NCBI GenBank assembly: GCA_964016885.1
Contig: OZ024743.1
Span: 59,582,001-59,646,000 of the forward strand
Source: Eledone cirrhosa
Taxonomy: Eukaryota
Direction of reading: 5' to 3'
Length of the DNA stretch: 64,000 nucleotides
Below the pieces are notes generated by a model. It worked only from the letters and a program-made list of their open reading frames with translations, made no database searches and was not told the DNA's origin. The translations under genes and the position numbers were made by a program. Position 1 is the stretch's first letter, and each line of letters begins with the position of its first letter. Positions 60,346 to 64,000 of this stretch are shown here, in pieces.

Positions 60346-60902
60346 TCTCTCTGTATATATATATATTTATATACAAAGTGTTAACACGATAACATTTTAG
60401 TTTAGAACATTTAGGGTACATAATTGTTATCAGTGGCAAAGGCATATATATTTATATGTGTATGCATGTATATATCTAAAGAGAGAGGGAGTTTACTGTT
60501 TTAATAGAAGTCTTCGACAATACGAAATGGACGTTAAGTTTCGACATATTGAAGACACAAAGATATTTGTGTGCTACGTAGTAGATTATGTGTCTGTACT
60601 TATAGTTCCGGATTAAAATGACATCATCAGAAGATTAAAACAAGAAACTGGTTCAGAGATACCATTTGGGTATTGTAGAGCACCATCATACTTTCTTAGT
60701 TTAGTAACACTCCAATAATGGAAGTGTAACATCATAAGCTCACGGAAGTGTGACATCATAAGAAGGACGTCGTATATGTATTAGGCTGTGTATGCGTGTG
60801 GGTTTATGTTAAGTATTGTGTGTTTAGTTTATGTTTATACATATTTCTTCATAATTCTTCATTTGCCATATGGAAATGTTTATATTTTTATGATTTAATT
60901 AG

Positions 60903-61388
60903 GTCCCGTACCATCTAAAACAGCAGGAAAAATACTTATTTTATTACCTCAATGGGTACTTGACAAGGTCCACGATGAGCATTCACCAGCTGGATAAAGT
61001 GAACATAGATCCGATTAAATGTGTGACGTCCGAACGAGTTTCCTGTACCTCCAACAAACTTAACCCCCACCCGACTCCCACTAGTAATACCGGCCGACAG
61101 GATGGAGACATTGCCCCGGAGGACGGTGAGGGAAACGCGCTGGAACAGCCATTCCACCGCCTGGGGCGCACATCTGCGACTAACCAATTCCACTCGGATA
61201 GCAATGAGCAAGGATGTGGTCTAGGGACTAAGAACACCGGAGGAAGTTGCCACTGCTACAGGCTCTACAACAAAACTATCAGAGAGCGGCCAATACTTGG
61301 ACAGTTCGTCATCTTCGGCGTGGCTGAGCCTGGTCCGTTTGCCGAACGAACCAAGTTGCCATTAAAGATAGCTTTAAAAACAATTCTC
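60903..61388 (+). CDS. Candidate host coding exon, unknown protein
   Basis: GC-rich island; T-rich acceptor ...aattag at 60902; open frame VPYHLKQQEKYLFYYLNGY...CHCYRLYNKTIRERPILGQFVIFGVAEPGPF; possible donor gtaact at 61389 (486 bp, phase 0), or stop at 61490. Confidence 0.55.
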
Positions 61389-61550
61389 GTAACTTCTCAC
61401 TTTCTGTTAAGTAGCCATTTGAAAACACGCTGTGGCGTTGAGAACTTTTGGTCAGATATGAGATATATTATTTTTTTCCCAAAAGTATAATTTAAGCATA
61501 AAATCGGCATGGCTCCTTACCTAATGCTGAATTGCATCATTATTGTAAAA

Positions 61551-61612
<62 letters not shown>

Positions 61613-62278
61613 AGAGAGAAAGAGAGAGAGGGGGGGTGGAAGGATCATTATTATGAATAGCATATCCAGTTCACAGCATGTCTACTAGAATAGATGTAAT
61701 ACGCTGGAATAACGATCGCAAGATTATATATTATTCAATAGTATTCTGGGAATCTACGGTAAATATCAAATGCAAATGAAGGTCTGCTGCAATCATACGG
61801 TGTGCATATTTTAGCTATTTTTGTATATCTTTCAATTCCGAAAACCACTACTATAATTTGGTATATAGAAAGTATTGTCAAATAACATTTTGTTTTTTAA
61901 TTTTACCCTGATTTGAATATAAACACACGCACGCGCTCACACACACTGTCATACATCTATATGTATGTGTATTTTGTGGGTGCATATATATATATATATG
62001 TATTTGTGTGTGTATATTGTGGGTAATGGGTGTACGTATGTATGTATATCGGCATTGCATGATTCACTATTAATTTTTCTATATATGTACATTGCCATAT
62101 CCCCGATAATAGAGCATATGGTTTCAAGTCACTCAACAGACCTTCCTGCCCATTAGCATACATGTATATATAAGTATGGGAAATGAATTTGGGAAAATAT
62201 ATTTGTATGATATCTTCATTTATACCAATGCAACATTGTATTTTACCGAACTAAGGTTTTATTTGACATTCCTAAATA

Positions 62279-62837
62279 CAGTATATGCCGGCGAACAGGT
62301 TGACCCGGCCCATACAATTCTGAACTGTAATTCAGGTTTAGGCCTATATTCACCGGATATGTCGAACCCCCCCAAAATAGGGCAGTTGAAGGGGAAATAA
62401 TTCAAAAAATCTAGTGGCGTGCTAAAGACTCAAACAGTTTTCCTAAAACACTTCAGTCGGAAGTGAATTCTAACTCACTGAGTAAACCAGCCTAGCCTTA
62501 CCTTAACGAACCTATGGTAACCTACGCCATGTGCTACGGCAAGTCATTGATATTATCATAATTTCTACGTTAAATAGAGTTAACAAATATGATATTCAGT
62601 TGGAAATAATTGCGGTGAGCTGTAGAGTTATGGTAAGTGGTGTACACCACTTACCATAACTCTAGCAGCTCACCGCGATTATTACATTAGTAGTTACATT
62701 ACCACTTTCAATGTAGTTAGACAGACAGTTTCACTGTGGTAAAAATTCACATTGTATATTCGGCGGACAAGTTGACCCCTGGTTTTCGAAAGATATTTTT
62801 AGGCTCGGAATGTCGACTTGTACGCCGGCATATACGG
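62279..62837. mobile_element. Tc1/mariner (pogo/Tigger-like) MITE
   Basis: TA-cagtatatgccggcgaacaggttgac ... gtcgacttgtacgccggcatatacgg-TA: ~26-bp imperfect TIRs and TA TSD. Confidence 0.75.
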
Positions 62838-63464
62838 TAATTGCTCTTTTTAATATGTATTCATTAATTGAAGTACATTGTTTTCCTCATTTTTAAACAC
62901 TTTTCTGAATTGTTTTTCTTCAATCTAATCCAGCTGTCTGGAAATAGTACGTATTGACATTTTTCCTTTCTCTCTACTTGACAATTATCCTGCCTGTATA
63001 AAGTAATTCACAATATTTATGATTAGTGTTGAATTTGTAACAAAGCCACAGAAATGTCTACAAATAAATGATATAGGCTAAATCGGGTAAGGTTACATTT
63101 TATAAAAATGATTCATTGTTCGCCTGTTTTGTACGAGATCATGTTCCCACAACTTTGCTTTTAACTAAATCATAACAAAGTTTAGGCTTATATTATATCG
63201 GACATAATTCTAATATTGTATTTAATATTCTTTCAGTGTAGTTATAACATGGAATTATGGGTGTATATCCATCGTCCGATTATCTATATAGATGATATTA
63301 ACCGGGAAACTGGTTTCATACAATCTCGCCAGAAGTCCTGCGATTGAAATTTCGCCACTTTAGAATGTTTTAAACCAGTGGACCTCTATCCACCTGTTTC
63401 GTTTCCTGGGGTACTTTACCCGAATTTTTCAACAATTATTCATACTCATATCGGTAGAGGGTCG

Positions 63465-63620
63465 GAAGCCATGCTTTCCAGCATAGTTACGTCCCTTTGC
63501 GGTCTGAGTTCAAATCCCGCCGAGGTTAACTTTGCCTTATATCCTTACGGGGTCGATAAAATATAGTACCAGTATTGTACTGGGTAATTGATGGCCTTGT
63601 GCCAAAAAGTAGAAACAATT
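63465..63620 (+). mobile_element. SINE family 1
   Basis: B-box gagttcaaatccc, then gaggttaactttgcct...ggccttgtgccaaaaagtagaaacaatta. Confidence 0.8.
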
Positions 63621-64000
63621 ATCTATGCTTTGGGAAGCACATATTTCAAATGTTGAAGTTTCACAATATTGCTTAAGTCAATAAGTGGGTTGCACGTCTA
63701 GCTACAGGCTGAAAACCGTTTATACATATGTTTATATACTGTTATACTTTCGGAACTTTATACTGCCTTTCAAAAACACACATTCTAGCTGAGTTTTTAT
63801 CAGTTCATTATTGGTCGATTAGCTACAACATTCATCGGTTAATTTAGTAAGTGGCTGATTGTTGAATTATCAATTGTCAAAGATGTTCTATCAGACATTG
63901 TGTGACCTCTTCAATGGATATTGCAGTTCCTCTGAAAAAAGAAAAGATGGAGTTAATAAAACAAATAATGAACTGAAGTCAAACTCAACTGATTAGTGTG

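Overview
AT-rich, microsatellite-laden eukaryotic (animal) DNA. The SINE/repeat repertoire resembles octopod cephalopods (inferred from recalled repeat motifs, not verified). There is no complete host gene; almost all short ORFs in the track are (TA)n/(CA)n/(GA)n artefacts. Main components: (i) a ~9.7 kb head-to-tail stack of six R4/Dong-like RLE non-LTR retrotransposon copies separated by (TTA)n (15.4-25.0 kb, minus strand); (ii) a decayed Chapaev/CMC DNA transposon with TIRs and TSD (39.7-41.5 kb); (iii) a 5'-truncated Penelope-like element (PLE) with inverted pLTR and hammerhead ribozyme (46.2-48.6 kb); (iv) a decayed Helitron Rep/Hel carrying a SINE and a TTAA-specific MITE (49.4-56.2 kb); (v) many tRNA-derived SINEs and MITEs; (vi) one or two candidate host exons. 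The most notable signal is at least six sequence families of short, (TA)n-embedded, often self-inverted elements carrying type I hammerhead ribozyme folds. Several have non-canonical cores that recur across copies (compensatory U3-A8, or U4>A). Also unexplained is an indel-free 60-bp array at 7.6-8.0 kb.
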